In this document: one piece after another, positions 1-9,600 of the stretch
How the letters are laid out: every line of letters begins with the position of its first letter
How positions within the stretch are numbered: position 1 is the first letter of the stretch
Source of the DNA: a virus
Lineage: Duplodnaviria > Caudoviricetes
Virus record (IMG/VR): IMGVR_UViG_3300016665_000331
Span: 1-40,445 of that record
DNA length: 40,445 bases
Strand: one strand, 5' to 3'
The notes under the pieces: model-generated
Told to the model about the DNA's origin: nothing
Seen by the model: only the letters and a program-made list of their open reading frames with translations
Databases searched by the model: none
Translations under genes and position numbers: made by a program

Positions 1-535
1 GCCCAGCCACAGTCGACGCAGCACCTGTTGCGCCAGTTGGCCCGGTTGGTCCCGTCGGCCCAGCCACAGTCGATGCTGCGCCTGTTGCGCCGGTCGGCCC
101 AGTCGGCCCAGCTGATCCAGCCGGACCCGTCGGCCCGGCCACCGTTGAAGCGGCGCCCGTAGCGCCTGTCGGACCCGTTGGACCTGTCGGCCCAGCCACA
201 GTCGAGGCAGCGCCTGTCGCCCCCGTCGGGCCTGTGGGGCCTGTGGGTCCAGTTGAACCTGCCGGCCCTGTCGGACCAGCGGCAGTTGAAGCAGCGCCGG
301 TCGGCCCTGTGGGTCCAGTTGAGCCAGTCGGTCCTGTTGGACCGACCACGGTCGAGGCGGCGCCCGTCGCGCCCGTCGGCCCGGTCGGCCCGGCCACAGT
401 CGATGCAGCGCCAGTTGGCCCCGTTGGCCCGGTCGATCCCGTTTGACCTGTCGGCCCAGTTGGGCCCGTCGGACCGGCCACGGTCGACGCCGCGCCGGTC
501 GCGCCCGTTGGCCCAGTCGGGCCAGTCGGTCCGAC
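1..535 (-). repeat. Gly-X-Y (GPT) collagen repeats punctuated by GAASTVA units
   Basis: Recurrent GPTGPTG...GAASTVAG units with synonymous codon variation. Confidence 0.9.
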
Positions 536-1279
536 TTGCGTATACATGACCTGCTGGAGCGTCAGGATGACGCTCGGCGTTGCTGGGGTTGTTGGCGAGC
601 TACCAGATGGGAGCGTCTCAAGCGATACGAGCGTGCTGTCCGCCGACCACCAAAGCTCGATGTAATCATTGGCGGCGAGGGACGTCCCAATCAAATTTAC
701 AGTGCCAACTGCATACCCGTATTCGGATGCGCTTTTGCGAGCGGGAACATGAAAACGGGTATTGCTGTCGGGGTAGTCCGATCCGTTATAGCGGAGCCAG
801 ACATCGACGTAATGAATGGCGTTGTCCGTATTCTGTATCTGCAGCGAAAAGATCATGCTGTAGGTTGCCGGGTTGGCAATAACGACACGACCGGGAGACG
901 TCAGGCTGACACCAGAACCAGCCTGCAGGGTGTTTATGTTTACAATCTGCGCCGTGCCCACGCTCGCGAAAGATTGATCTGTGGTGTCGACGAGAGATCC
1001 GTAATAGCCAATCGCGCCACCAGCCCCGACGGGTCCGGTCGGGCCCATTGTACCCGCGGGGCCGGTTGGTCCGGTGTTGCCAACAGGACCAATAGGTCCA
1101 GCCGATCCCGTTGGGCCAGTCGGGCCAATATATTGGAGAAACTGACCAAACGTCGCCCGTTTGGTCACCCCGTTTTGAACGACGATTGTGCTGTCAGTCC
1201 CCGTCGGCGCAGTCGCCAGCGGGAGCTGAGAGATCTTCGTCGGGATAAGGTTTGTGGGGACGTTCGGGTTTCCGGTCAT
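1..1279 (-). CDS. Collagen-like tail/capsid fibre protein, 3' end truncated at window edge
   Basis: Not in ORF track. Manual translation from ATG 1279 (ATGA overlap with upstream stop): [22 protein letters not shown]...[16 protein letters not shown]...globular insert...[20 protein letters not shown], apparently open to position 1. Confidence 0.88.
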   Translation of the reverse strand, partial: MTGNPNVPTNLIPTKISQLPLATAPTGTDSTIVVQNGVTKRATFGQFLQYIGPTGPTGSAGPIGPVGNTGPTGPAGTMGPTGPVGAGGAIGYYGSLVDTTDQSFASVGTAQIVNINTLQAGSGVSLTSPGRVVIANPATYSMIFSLQIQNTDNAIHYVDVWLRYNGSDYPDSNTRFHVPARKSASEYGYAVGTVNLIGTSLAANDYIELWWSADSTLVSLETLPSGSSPTTPATPSVILTLQQVMYTQVGPTGPTGPTGATGAASTVAGPTGPTGPTGQTGSTGPTGPTGAASTVAGPTGPTGATGAASTVVGPTGPTGSTGPTGPTGAASTAAGPTGPAGSTGPTGPTGPTGATGAASTVAGPTGPTGPTGATGAASTVAGPTGPAGSAGPTGPTGATGAASTVAGPTGPTGPTGATGAASTVAG

Positions 1280-1578
1280 GGGATCAGATACTCGGTGCCG
1301 TTGTCATTGATGATGAACAGATCCCCATCTTCAGAAATGGTTCCGAAGTCATCCAGCGCCACGGGAATATCCGGGCGGGGGAAGTTCAAAGCGATTTGTT
1401 CGGGCTGGCGCGCCGCCAGCCTGTAGGGGTCGAATTGATCGAGATCGTCCCGGCACACGCGCAGGCCGGGAAAATTCGGATCCGACATGAGATCGTCGAG
1501 CGAAAATTTCCGGCTGCAGCGTCCGCAGATGCCGATGCCGAAAGTCGATTTTCCGCGGGGATCGAGAAAGATGCTCAT
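1276..1578 (-). CDS. Conserved phage late protein with CxxC motif
   Basis: [10 protein letters not shown]...[13 protein letters not shown]...PRPD; coupled to both neighbours by 4-nt overlaps. Confidence 0.75.
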   Translation of the reverse strand: MSIFLDPRGKSTFGIGICGRCSRKFSLDDLMSDPNFPGLRVCRDDLDQFDPYRLAARQPEQIALNFPRPDIPVALDDFGTISEDGDLFIINDNGTEYLIP

Positions 1579-2639
1579 CTGGTATACGGGCTGATGTTGG
1601 GAGCAAAATAGATCGGCGAGTTGTCGCGCTCTTCATCTTGCGCCAATTTCAGCGCTTCGTCAGCCGTCATCTTGATGGGGCCGAGCAATTGCGGATCGAG
1701 ATCTGGCAGTTCCTGCGCGAGACGCCACGACAGCTGCCAAACGATGGCCTCGTACCAGCGCTGCGGGATGTCGAGCGTCTCGGTTAGAGACCCGACATCC
1801 ATGATGTGGCGCTCGCGCCAGACGATGAACTGGGCGAACATCGAGCCGTCATTTGTCACCGGCCACATCCGCATAATCGGCGTGTCGCGCTGGCGGTCGA
1901 GCCAGTATTGCAGTGGGCGTCCCTGAAAGACCTTGTTCGGGAGGTTCGTGTAATCGTCGCGGTTCAGCCGGGCGAGCGGGATCTCAGTCGGATTGTTTGC
2001 GGCATAGAATTCGGTGACGTTGAGCGTGGCGCCGCCGGTCTCGCGCATGCGGAAATAGTTGACCGGCTGCGTCCCGTCGATGTCGTACCACTGCCAAGCG
2101 CCGGCCGTGTAAGCGACGGCCCCGGGCGACAGGCACGATGTCCACACGACGCCGTCGTTCGACCATTCGAAAACGATATTGTAGGTCGCACTGGACGCCA
2201 TCATGACGCCAACCGTGGTCACCTGTGTCGGCGATCCGTAATAGTCGATCTGGATGTTTCCATCCGGAGTTGTCTGCTGACAAGACGTCGTCAGGTTCCC
2301 GTCGAAAGCATAATCGACGATGCCGCCGGCGGAAGAATACTGCGTCGTGCCGCTTTGCCGAGACAGCCAGCGATAGTTGGCGTTGAGCACATCGACTGTT
2401 CCCTGCGGTAGGGTGATGGCGCCGACGCCGACATAAAGCGGCATGATCTCCTTCTGAATGCACCAGAGCGGGAAGCCTTGATTGGCGAGCGAGCTCAAGA
2501 GCAGATAAAGGTTGTCCTTGGCGGTGTCGATCAGCTCAGATGTGATCTGCTGTGGCTGCATGCGACAACGCCGGAAGGCGTGATCGATCACCTTCCGGGT
2601 TTGAAAAACGGTCTGCGAGATCGTTCCAGAAACAGCCAC
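1575..2639 (-). CDS. Putative head-tail adaptor/tail tubular protein with internal beta-sandwich (discoidin-like) insert
   Basis: MAVSGT...IDHAFRRC...LANQGFPLWCI N-terminus; YTNLPNKVFQGRPLQYWLDR and DIPQRWYEAI C-terminus; insert with YAFDGNLTT...YFRMRET. Confidence 0.6.
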   Translation of the reverse strand: MAVSGTISQTVFQTRKVIDHAFRRCRMQPQQITSELIDTAKDNLYLLLSSLANQGFPLWCIQKEIMPLYVGVGAITLPQGTVDVLNANYRWLSRQSGTTQYSSAGGIVDYAFDGNLTTSCQQTTPDGNIQIDYYGSPTQVTTVGVMMASSATYNIVFEWSNDGVVWTSCLSPGAVAYTAGAWQWYDIDGTQPVNYFRMRETGGATLNVTEFYAANNPTEIPLARLNRDDYTNLPNKVFQGRPLQYWLDRQRDTPIMRMWPVTNDGSMFAQFIVWRERHIMDVGSLTETLDIPQRWYEAIVWQLSWRLAQELPDLDPQLLGPIKMTADEALKLAQDEERDNSPIYFAPNISPYTR

Positions 2640-2649
2640 AGCGAACCTC

Positions 2650-3837
2650 TTAGCACTTCACCTTGCCACCCTTGCGCATCGCAGCAGGGGCCGCTTCCGG
2701 CACTGCGCCAGACGCCGCCTTGGCGAGAGCCGCGCGGATTGCGCCGACGTTCGGGCGAGGCCTCTGGCCAAGAGCAGGGGGCGCGGCCGCCGGCGACGGG
2801 ATCATCGGCCCCTGTGGCGCCACAGGGACGACCTTGGGCACAGCGAGCTTCTTGGGAGCCATACCCTTGACCGGCATCTTTGACAGCGGACCGCGCCTAT
2901 TCAGAGAAGCCTGTTGCAGGGGCGAGCGCGCCCCACCTTCAGGCATACCGCCGTCGGCCATCTTGACCTCGCCGCCGTGGCGCAGGCCTTTCATCGATTG
3001 CTGGCGGTCGTGCTTCTCGTCGAGCTTGGATTTCTCCCAGCTCTCCATCGACATGCCGTGCTTTTTGGCGAGCTTACGATCCTGCGCAAGGTCTTCTTTA
3101 GAATGCTCCCATTCCATGTGCGAGACCTTGCCGCCGGCCGCCTTGCGCGGCTTCGCCTTCTCGACCTCGTTGTAATAGTCGCGGTCACGCGATTGTGGGA
3201 TGCGGCCGCTCTTGATGTCCTTGACAGGGACGGATTGGGCGCTGCCACCTGCGCTCATCTTCTTGCTCTTGCCCGCCTCGCTCAGAGCGATGGCGATGGC
3301 CTGCTTGCGGCTTTTCACCACCGGACCCTTCTTTGAGCCCGAATGTAGTTCGCCGGCTTTGAATTCATGCATCACCTTGCCAACCTTCGCCTGCCCGCCT
3401 TTGGCGTAGCGGGGCGCGCTGTCGGCCTCTTCGAGGCGGCGCATGTAGTCTTCGTCCACCGGGATGTTGCTACCCGGGACAGTCGCCTTGCGGCGCTGCT
3501 GCTTGCGCATGGATTGGCGTTCGCGGTCGCTCAGAGCGCCGCCGGACTGACCGCGCTCCAGATCGGCCATGTATTCGCTCTCGCTCTCATAATCGCGGGC
3601 CCCGCGATGCAGCTCAGCATCGCTATCGCTGACCGCCCCGCCCTCATTTTTGCGCATCGGCCTCTTCGCCGGCATGCCGATCATAATCATGAGGCCCGGC
3701 CCCTTGGCCCGCGACTTACCGGCGGAGCCCGACACCTTCCCGCCTTCGGCATACATCGGCTTTTTGTCCGAAGAGCAGCTGCCGGTGTACCCGGCGCCAG
3801 ACGGAAATTCGAAATCTTTGACGTAACGAACAGCCAT
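2650..3837 (-). CDS. Basic modular virion-associated protein with about 8 xxGGx[VA]-type motifs and a DUF6496-like module
   Basis: Start revised to ATG 3837 (AAGGGG RBS, just after upstream stop); [39 protein letters not shown] recognised as DUF6496-like. Confidence 0.75.
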   Translation of the reverse strand: MAVRYVKDFEFPSGAGYTGSCSSDKKPMYAEGGKVSGSAGKSRAKGPGLMIMIGMPAKRPMRKNEGGAVSDSDAELHRGARDYESESEYMADLERGQSGGALSDRERQSMRKQQRRKATVPGSNIPVDEDYMRRLEEADSAPRYAKGGQAKVGKVMHEFKAGELHSGSKKGPVVKSRKQAIAIALSEAGKSKKMSAGGSAQSVPVKDIKSGRIPQSRDRDYYNEVEKAKPRKAAGGKVSHMEWEHSKEDLAQDRKLAKKHGMSMESWEKSKLDEKHDRQQSMKGLRHGGEVKMADGGMPEGGARSPLQQASLNRRGPLSKMPVKGMAPKKLAVPKVVPVAPQGPMIPSPAAAPPALGQRPRPNVGAIRAALAKAASGAVPEAAPAAMRKGGKVKC

Positions 3838-3838
3838 T

Positions 3839-4102
3839 TTATTTCCCCTTGCGCCGGGAGACGGCGGCGTTGTCGACGAGGTTTGGGTAGGGTCGGCCAG
3901 CAGCCTTTGCTCTGGCTTTGGCGGCGGTTTTTTGTTTGGGAGAAAGCGACTTTCCAGAACCGGGTGTCGGATCAGGTTTGTCCCAGAAGGCGGCAGCGCG
4001 CCCTCCGCGGGCATAGGGGCGAACAAAAGACATGCCAGCAGAGCCGCTGAAACCGGCGCCCTTGTCGAAGGAGAAGTCGCCATATTTCGGACCCTTGGGC
4101 AT
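3839..4102 (-). CDS. Small basic phage protein (87 aa)
   Basis: Start revised to ATG 4102 (TGATG overlap); [26 protein letters not shown]. Confidence 0.75.
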   Translation of the reverse strand: MPKGPKYGDFSFDKGAGFSGSAGMSFVRPYARGGRAAAFWDKPDPTPGSGKSLSPKQKTAAKARAKAAGRPYPNLVDNAAVSRRKGK

Positions 4103-4419
4103 CAGTTGCAGTCCCATTTGCGCAGGGATTTGTTGATCCGGCTGTTTGGGTCTTTGGCTGTTTCTGACGACGTCAGTTTCGCCCGCATACCCTTCATTCT
4201 GGCGCAAAATGATGCCCGGCGACCGGCGGCCGCCGGGCTTTTTGCTGCCTGCTTTGCGGAGACGGGCGGCTTGATGTCATGCCCTTGAGCGCGCAGAGAT
4301 GCGCGCCCCTTGGCGTTCAGTCCGCCCTCTGGGTTCTTGCCTTCGGATCTTGTCCAAGCGCCGCCATCGGCCATGTAGACCGGCGTCGAGCCACCTTTCC
4401 CAAAGCGCCAACCGTTCAT
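4102..4419 (-). CDS. DUF6321-like basic phage protein
   Basis: AWTRSEGKNPEGGLNAKGRAS...RRASFCARMKGM...DPNSRINKSLRKWDC. Confidence 0.75.
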   Translation of the reverse strand: MNGWRFGKGGSTPVYMADGGAWTRSEGKNPEGGLNAKGRASLRAQGHDIKPPVSAKQAAKSPAAAGRRASFCARMKGMRAKLTSSETAKDPNSRINKSLRKWDCN

Positions 4420-4422
4420 GCA

Positions 4423-4830
4423 TCACCCGTAGATTTTGATGCACTCGACAATGATGCTGTAACTGTCGCCAGCCGCAGCCCCAATCGTAGTGAAGGCGAT
4501 ATTGCCAGTCTTGCCGGCGCCCGAATTGTTCGGAATACCGCCGAGATGCTCGCCAAATTCCATGCGATAGATGCGATCCTGCGGGATCGTCCACGCAAGG
4601 ACGTCGGTCGTGGCGTCCCAAAGCAAATTCACAGCCATGCCAGTCGTTGCGGCCCAGATGCGGTTGAGCTTGAGATCCGTGCAGGCCTTACCCTGTGCGT
4701 TCACAGCGAGGTTGGCCGGGATGATCTTGTTGACCGCCGTCTCACCAGTGCCGTCGGACTGGTTGGTGAATTTCATGATGATCAGCCGCTCGCCATCAAG
4801 GAGCGTCTGAGACGTTACTGTATCAGCCAT
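4423..4830 (-). CDS. Conserved phage structural beta-sandwich protein
   Basis: MADTVTSQTLLDG...KFTNQSDGTGET...GGIPNNSGAGKTGNIAFTT; AGGAGG RBS. Confidence 0.75.
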   Translation of the reverse strand: MADTVTSQTLLDGERLIIMKFTNQSDGTGETAVNKIIPANLAVNAQGKACTDLKLNRIWAATTGMAVNLLWDATTDVLAWTIPQDRIYRMEFGEHLGGIPNNSGAGKTGNIAFTTIGAAAGDSYSIIVECIKIYG

Positions 4831-4848
4831 GTGGCCCTCCTAATGGGT

Positions 4849-4868
4849 GGGCGGGATTTCTCCCGCCC
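4849..4868 (-). promoter_or_regulatory. Intergenic GAAA-tetraloop stem-loop (mRNA stabiliser or weak terminator)
   Basis: GGGCGGGA-GAAA-TCCCGCCC, 8-bp perfect stem, no U-tract on the coding strand. Confidence 0.5.
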
Positions 4869-4875
4869 GTTTCAA

Positions 4876-5592
4876 TTAGGCCGGGACGACGCCAATGGCG
4901 CCAGCCTGCGTGGCGTTCGGACCAGCCTGAACAGCCGTGAGGCCAATGGCAATGACGAGGCGGCGAGAGCCGTTCGCTGCAGTCGTCGGCGAGAACGTGC
5001 CACGCACATCGCCCGTCGTCGCTGTGGCAGGGGACGTCGCGTCGGCGGCCACGAAGGTGCCGGCATTGTCGGCGACCGCGCCGTTCCAACCGGTGCGCAG
5101 CAGGTAGCCGGCATCGTTGACCCGGTAAGGCAGACCGAAGATGTCGTTGTTTCCGACTGACAGGTTTCCTGCGAGAGCCGCAGAGACCGCCGCACGGGTG
5201 ATCGTCTTGAATGCCTTCTTGCCGTTGACGGTGGTCGTGCCGTTGAGCGTCAGCGTCTCGGTCTGGGCCTGACCCCAATAGTCGGTGCCATAGACCGTAA
5301 CAGTCTGCGTCGTGTCGCCGGCGTTGCTGGAAACAGCCGAAACCGCTCGAGCGTAATCAAACGTCGCAACGCCACCTGAGGCGGAGGCGCCGTTGATCGT
5401 CGCGTTGCCGGCGGCGGCCACAGCCTGCGCGGCCGCGACGGCGGTCGCCGACAAAGTGGCGGGGACGATGTCGAAGATGTAGACGCGGCCAAGCGGACCA
5501 ACGCCAGCGAAAACGGCTCCGGGGCCAGCCCAACCTTGCGATTGCGGGCCGAGGGCCGAACCGAGCCAAAGATCATCAGAATACTGCGGCAT
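4876..5592 (-). CDS. Putative capsid decoration/cement protein
   Basis: Start revised to ATG 5592 (AAGGAGGAG RBS); Ala/Thr/Gly-rich, YGTDYWGQAQTE...GKKAFKTI...TGDVRGT; directly after the MCP. Confidence 0.65.
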   Translation of the reverse strand: MPQYSDDLWLGSALGPQSQGWAGPGAVFAGVGPLGRVYIFDIVPATLSATAVAAAQAVAAAGNATINGASASGGVATFDYARAVSAVSSNAGDTTQTVTVYGTDYWGQAQTETLTLNGTTTVNGKKAFKTITRAAVSAALAGNLSVGNNDIFGLPYRVNDAGYLLRTGWNGAVADNAGTFVAADATSPATATTGDVRGTFSPTTAANGSRRLVIAIGLTAVQAGPNATQAGAIGVVPA

Positions 5593-5677
5593 GGTCTCCT
5601 CCTTGAAAAGTTTGACCAGTTTCGGGAGCCCCATAATGCACTATTTTAGCCGGGTTTAATAGTGGGCCGGTTTAGGT

Positions 5678-5713
5678 AAAAAAATTTGTGGCGGCAGATT
5701 GCTCTGCCGCCAC
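5678..5713 (-). terminator. Rho-independent terminator after major capsid gene
   Basis: GTGGCGGCAGA-GCAA-TCTGCCGCCAC 11-bp stem followed by AAATTTTTTT on the minus strand. Confidence 0.8.
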
Positions 5714-5740
5714 CTCGGACTAATCCGCGTTGATAGTCAA

Positions 5741-6655
5741 CTAAACTCCCTGCGTGCCGTAAACTCCGCGCGGGTCGGTCCAGCCCACATCGTAACGCTC
5801 GGTCGCCTTGAAGCGCATGCTGTCGGTTTCGAAGTCGCCTTCCATGCTCTTTTCGAGCGGACGACGCATCATCAGCTTGAGGCCTTCCGGTGCGTCGGTC
5901 TGGATCCACCACGCGGTGGTCGAGGTGAGACGCGACAGGTTGGCCTGACCGCCGTCGAGCAGGCCCATCGAGCGAACCGGGTTGATGTCGTTGTTGCCCG
6001 TGCCGGCGCGGAGAACGCTCTTCAGGAGCACCTCGGCTTGGAACACGTTCGACGGAGACACCACCAGCTTCTTCGGCGTCAGACGGATGCGCTTGCCGTT
6101 GTTGTCGACGGCGTTGCGGATCTGAATGAGCATCTGCTCCAGCGAGGTCTGCGACAGCGCGGCGGCAGTCGAGAGCTGGTTGGAGAAGGTGCCGTTCACG
6201 ATGGGGTGGTCGGTCGCCACAAGGGATTTGCCGTCGCCGCCAGCATAGGCGCTGTTGAACGCGCGGTTGAGCACGTTCGCGGAGAGGGTTTCCTTGGTCT
6301 CGACCAGAGACTGGGCGAGATGGCGGGCATACGTCTGGCCAATGCGAATGTGGTCGCCGTCTTCGACGAGCACCTTCGTGAGGGCGAACGCAAGGCCATA
6401 GACCTTGTAGACGTAGCGCTTGATGAACAGCACGCCACCGGCCTGATACGTGACCGCGGTGCCATCAGGCAGCTCGGGCGCCGTACCGAAGCCGAAGAGG
6501 ACGGGCTCTTCGTGATAGTTGCGCGGGATGCCCCGCTCTTCCCGGAAAACCTGCTTCCATTCGTCTGCACGCTGGGTGTAGACGCCGTCGAAACTCTCGT
6601 TGAGGATCGGTTCGACGATAGAACGGAAATCCGTACTGCGCATAGGAGTAGCCAT
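5741..6655 (-). CDS. Major capsid protein (Mu gpT-like, HK97 fold)
   Basis: 304 aa; GFGTAPELPDG, YGLAFALTKVLVED, GGDGKSLVATDHP, GDFETDSMRFKATERYDVGWTDPRG; follows scaffold and precedes a terminator. Confidence 0.9.
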   Translation of the reverse strand: MATPMRSTDFRSIVEPILNESFDGVYTQRADEWKQVFREERGIPRNYHEEPVLFGFGTAPELPDGTAVTYQAGGVLFIKRYVYKVYGLAFALTKVLVEDGDHIRIGQTYARHLAQSLVETKETLSANVLNRAFNSAYAGGDGKSLVATDHPIVNGTFSNQLSTAAALSQTSLEQMLIQIRNAVDNNGKRIRLTPKKLVVSPSNVFQAEVLLKSVLRAGTGNNDINPVRSMGLLDGGQANLSRLTSTTAWWIQTDAPEGLKLMMRRPLEKSMEGDFETDSMRFKATERYDVGWTDPRGVYGTQGV

Positions 6656-6670
6656 GTGCGGATCTCCCTA

Positions 6671-7228
6671 TCAGAATGGGTTCTGGGTGGAGACGTACTG
6701 GTGCTCAGAGATCTGCACCTGCACGACGGTGTAAGCATCGCCAGCGGCATTATCGATGCCGTTCGCAATACCGATGACGCGGAGCTGGGCCGCAGTGCTC
6801 GACGAAGTCGCAGCGTCCATAGTGCAGGTCGAATAACCCAGACCATTGTTCGCAGTGGCGTTCGTGAGGTCAGCCTGCTGACCGATCTCGTTTTGCGAAA
6901 TCGAGCCATCCGCTTGGATCTCGTAAACGATATACGGATCCATCGTGTAGTAGGCCACGATCTCAGTGGCCGCCGCATTGGCGGGCCAGCTGGGCGAGAC
7001 CACAGGACGCTGGGCGCCAGTCGGGAGATACTGGCAACCAGCGAAGACGCCGACGAAGCGCTCGCCGGCCGCAGCGGCCTGAAGCGTACCGTCGGTACCC
7101 ATTTTCACGGGCTGGCCCGTGTAGAGATCAGAAGCATAGCCGGACAGAATGGTTCCGGCCATCTGACGGATGACACCCGAAGGACTATAAGCCGGGCGCA
7201 TGCCGAAGGGAGCATTGGTCGAGGACAT
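6671..7228 (-). CDS. Putative head decoration protein
   Basis: NAPFGMRP...GVFAGCQY...DPYIVYEIQADG pattern; immediately upstream of the MCP. Confidence 0.65.
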   Translation of the reverse strand: MSSTNAPFGMRPAYSPSGVIRQMAGTILSGYASDLYTGQPVKMGTDGTLQAAAAGERFVGVFAGCQYLPTGAQRPVVSPSWPANAAATEIVAYYTMDPYIVYEIQADGSISQNEIGQQADLTNATANNGLGYSTCTMDAATSSSTAAQLRVIGIANGIDNAAGDAYTVVQVQISEHQYVSTQNPF

Positions 7229-7266
7229 TCTCGATTTCCTTTGCCGGTTGAGGGTTTATCCGCTCC

Positions 7267-7809
7267 TCACCGATGTTCGAACACCGGGTCGGGCGGCGCG
7301 TCTCGCAGATCCTCAATGCCGTCTTCCTCGTACAGTTGCGACTTGCTGTTACGAGCGCGATCTCTCATGGCGTCATTCTCCGAGACCATGCGTTCCTCTT
7401 CTCGCAGCGGCGCGTCGTGGTGCGCCTCTCTCATGAGACGAAGATACAACCGCGTCGGGATCTTCGCGGCGATCATCTCGTTGACGCCAATCAGGCCGGC
7501 GTATTCGCCAGTCTTGATCGACGCGTATTCCCACCCCGGAGCCTCTTCGGGCTTCACAGGCTCGTATCCAAGACGGAAACGGGCCTGCACGCTGTCGCGT
7601 GGGTTGGTCGTACTCAGCCAGCACAAATGAAACCCGGGGATTTCCGGCAAATCAGGGAGTGCGTGCTGGTAGAAAGCATCGCGGAACATCTGCACACGAT
7701 CATCGTCGGAGAGCTCGCGGTTCTCTGTTACAACGCGATCTTCCATCGCGCGGCTACGACGACCCGGATCGGGCAGCTTCTTGATACGTTCATCACCAGA
7801 TATGCTCAT
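7267..7809 (-). CDS. Conserved phage head-module protein
   Basis: Start revised to ATG 7809 (GAGGAG RBS); PEIPGFHLCWLST...RLGYEPVK...IGVNEMIAAKIP. Confidence 0.7.
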   Translation of the reverse strand: MSISGDERIKKLPDPGRRSRAMEDRVVTENRELSDDDRVQMFRDAFYQHALPDLPEIPGFHLCWLSTTNPRDSVQARFRLGYEPVKPEEAPGWEYASIKTGEYAGLIGVNEMIAAKIPTRLYLRLMREAHHDAPLREEERMVSENDAMRDRARNSKSQLYEEDGIEDLRDAPPDPVFEHR

Positions 7810-7823
7810 TGCTCGCTCCTCTA

Positions 7824-8780
7824 TCAGCGCGCTGCACCATTTTGACGGTCCCACTCTTGGAAGCGCCGGATCATCGCATCGCGCCGCTGGGGATCATCCC
7901 AAGCGCCCGCTTCTTTGATGGCATTGACCCGTGCCTCACTGAGAAAGACCTTTTTCTTCCCCGGCGACATATCCCGGCCACCGCCAACAGGGGGGCCGCG
8001 CCGCGCCGGGCGACTTTCCTCGCCATTGTAGCTCATTTCGCCGTCTTCCGCAAAACGATGCGGCAAGCGCTCCGCGAGCCGTTTGTCCAGTTCTGACCAA
8101 TAGCGCTTGGTCGTCGGGTCGAAACCCTCGTTGACGAGAGACGCATCGACCGCTTTAGCGATCATGCTGTCCGGATCGTTTCCGTTCGGGTTGAACCAAT
8201 CGTTGTCGGACGCCCAGTCCGCGGCGCGGCGCGCGACAAGCGCCTGCATCTGCGGGTCCTGCGCAGGGGCGGACGGCGCCGGCGCACTGATCTGTTGACG
8301 GGTGCGATTGATCTCTGCCGCTCGGGCGAGAGCCTGATCGCGGTGGCGCAGAAGCTCCGGGACGCGAGCGCCATCACCTATCTCGATGGCCTTCGCCAGC
8401 TGCTGCTCGGCGTATTGCACGCCGCCCAGAGCCTGCTGATAGTTCTGGTCGAGCGATCCCTTCTGCGCCTGCAGAGACTGCGTTTCCAGCTGCGCGAGGC
8501 GTTGCTGGAGAAGCTGGTTCTGTTGATGAAGGCTCTGGAGCTCTTCACGGGTTCGGTCGCGGGCGAAGCGTTGGCTTTCCTTACGCCGCTTGCGGTCGGC
8601 GCGCCGCTGCTCGCGGCGGTCTTCCTCGTCAGCGTTCAAAGTATCCGACAAGCGGTCATCGGCGCTGTCGTCTTCGTGCTCGACTTCCCGATCAGCGTTC
8701 GCCGCCGGCGGGTCGCCCTCGATGATCTCGAACTCTTCGTTCTCAGCTTCGAACTGCTGCTGGGTCTTCTCGGTGCTCAT
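7824..8780 (-). CDS. Putative capsid scaffolding protein
   Basis: Acidic N-terminus, long coiled coil, WASDNDWF and YWSELDKRL segments; position upstream of head genes. Confidence 0.7.
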   Translation of the reverse strand: MSTEKTQQQFEAENEEFEIIEGDPPAANADREVEHEDDSADDRLSDTLNADEEDRREQRRADRKRRKESQRFARDRTREELQSLHQQNQLLQQRLAQLETQSLQAQKGSLDQNYQQALGGVQYAEQQLAKAIEIGDGARVPELLRHRDQALARAAEINRTRQQISAPAPSAPAQDPQMQALVARRAADWASDNDWFNPNGNDPDSMIAKAVDASLVNEGFDPTTKRYWSELDKRLAERLPHRFAEDGEMSYNGEESRPARRGPPVGGGRDMSPGKKKVFLSEARVNAIKEAGAWDDPQRRDAMIRRFQEWDRQNGAAR

Positions 8781-8790
8781 GGCTTACCCC

Positions 8791-9234
8791 TCAGAGGGAA
8801 GGTTTATCGACCAGTGGATCTTCGACGTCGCCGATCAAGTTCAGGTCGTCGAAAACTGCAAACTGGACATAGTCGTCATAGGCTTGGACGCCCGGAGGAA
8901 CCTTCCGTTCAAAGCGGATGCCGCCATATTTTGGCACATAAACGTATTCGCCGACGGCGCACCAAGACCCTTCGGGCCAAGGCTCCATTGTGTTTCGATT
9001 GCGATAGGCAAGAGGCCCTATTGCGATGACCTTGGCGACCTGTGTGTTATCGCGCTCGGTGTCCTTGGTCGTTTCGGTGAAGATGATGCCGCCTGCGGAC
9101 ATCGATTTTGCGCCCCGGATCTGCACAAGAACGCGAGATCCAAACGGTTTGAAGCCGGGGTTTACCTTTGGGAAATACTTGCTTTCCGCCTCAGTAGTCC
9201 TGCCATCTTTTTGCGCCACGGCGAGTTGTGCCAT
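8791..9234 (-). CDS. groES: Phage GroES-like co-chaperonin
   Basis: KPFGSRVLVQ, mobile loop SAGGIIF, AKVIAIGPLAY, VGEYVYVPKYGG; start revised to ATG 9234. Confidence 0.85.
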   Translation of the reverse strand: MAQLAVAQKDGRTTEAESKYFPKVNPGFKPFGSRVLVQIRGAKSMSAGGIIFTETTKDTERDNTQVAKVIAIGPLAYRNRNTMEPWPEGSWCAVGEYVYVPKYGGIRFERKVPPGVQAYDDYVQFAVFDDLNLIGDVEDPLVDKPSL

Positions 9235-9412
9235 GCTCCGTCCCTTCTTCTTCCTGCAAGAGCTCCTCAAGCAATTCCAATGCTCGACTTAGTCCTGCGA
9301 ATGTTCCAACCCGGCGGCCGTATTCGAAACTCGATCCGTCGCCGGGCTTTTGGAGAGCCTCACGGGCTGTGAGGTCCAATTCTTTCTGAAGCTTCTCAAT
9401 CAGGGCGTCCAT
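9191..9412 (-). CDS. Small conserved portal-downstream protein
   Basis: FEYGRRVGTFAGL helix-hairpin motif; GGAG RBS before ATG 9412. Confidence 0.65.
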   Translation of the reverse strand: MDALIEKLQKELDLTAREALQKPGDGSSFEYGRRVGTFAGLSRALELLEELLQEEEGTEHGTTRRGAKRWQDY

Positions 9413-9439
9413 CGTTCTCCACACTCCCCGAGCGAGCTG

Positions 9440-9592
9440 TTACTTCTTTTTTGGCGCTTTTTCGTTCTTGATGATGCCTGAACCCTTGCGGGCAGGGGGT
9501 TCCTTGGTCGTCGGGCGGCGCGGACCGGGATCCTGATTGACGGGCAGGCCCATCGCCAGACGCTTGTGCTGCGGGATTGCTTCTTCAGCCAT
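9440..9592 (-). CDS. Small basic protein (50 aa), below ORF-track cutoff
   Basis: MAEEAIPQHKRLAMGLPVNQDPGPRRPTTKEPPARKGSGIIKNEKAPKKK; GAGGT RBS; fills the gap after the portal gene. Confidence 0.6.
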   Translation of the reverse strand: MAEEAIPQHKRLAMGLPVNQDPGPRRPTTKEPPARKGSGIIKNEKAPKKK

Positions 9593-9600
9593 GTCGAACC

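Noticed and set aside
3838-4083. ORF-track N-terminal extensions (2650..4083; also 18498..20078, 21746..22309, 28212..28847, 33448..33852)
   Set aside because: They overlap better-supported genes; downstream starts have clear RBS or stop/start coupling
5699-7630. 643-aa plus-strand ORF, and similar long antisense ORFs such as 9577-11301 and 28947-29807
   Set aside because: Antisense shadows of high-GC genes; no RBS or recognisable motifs
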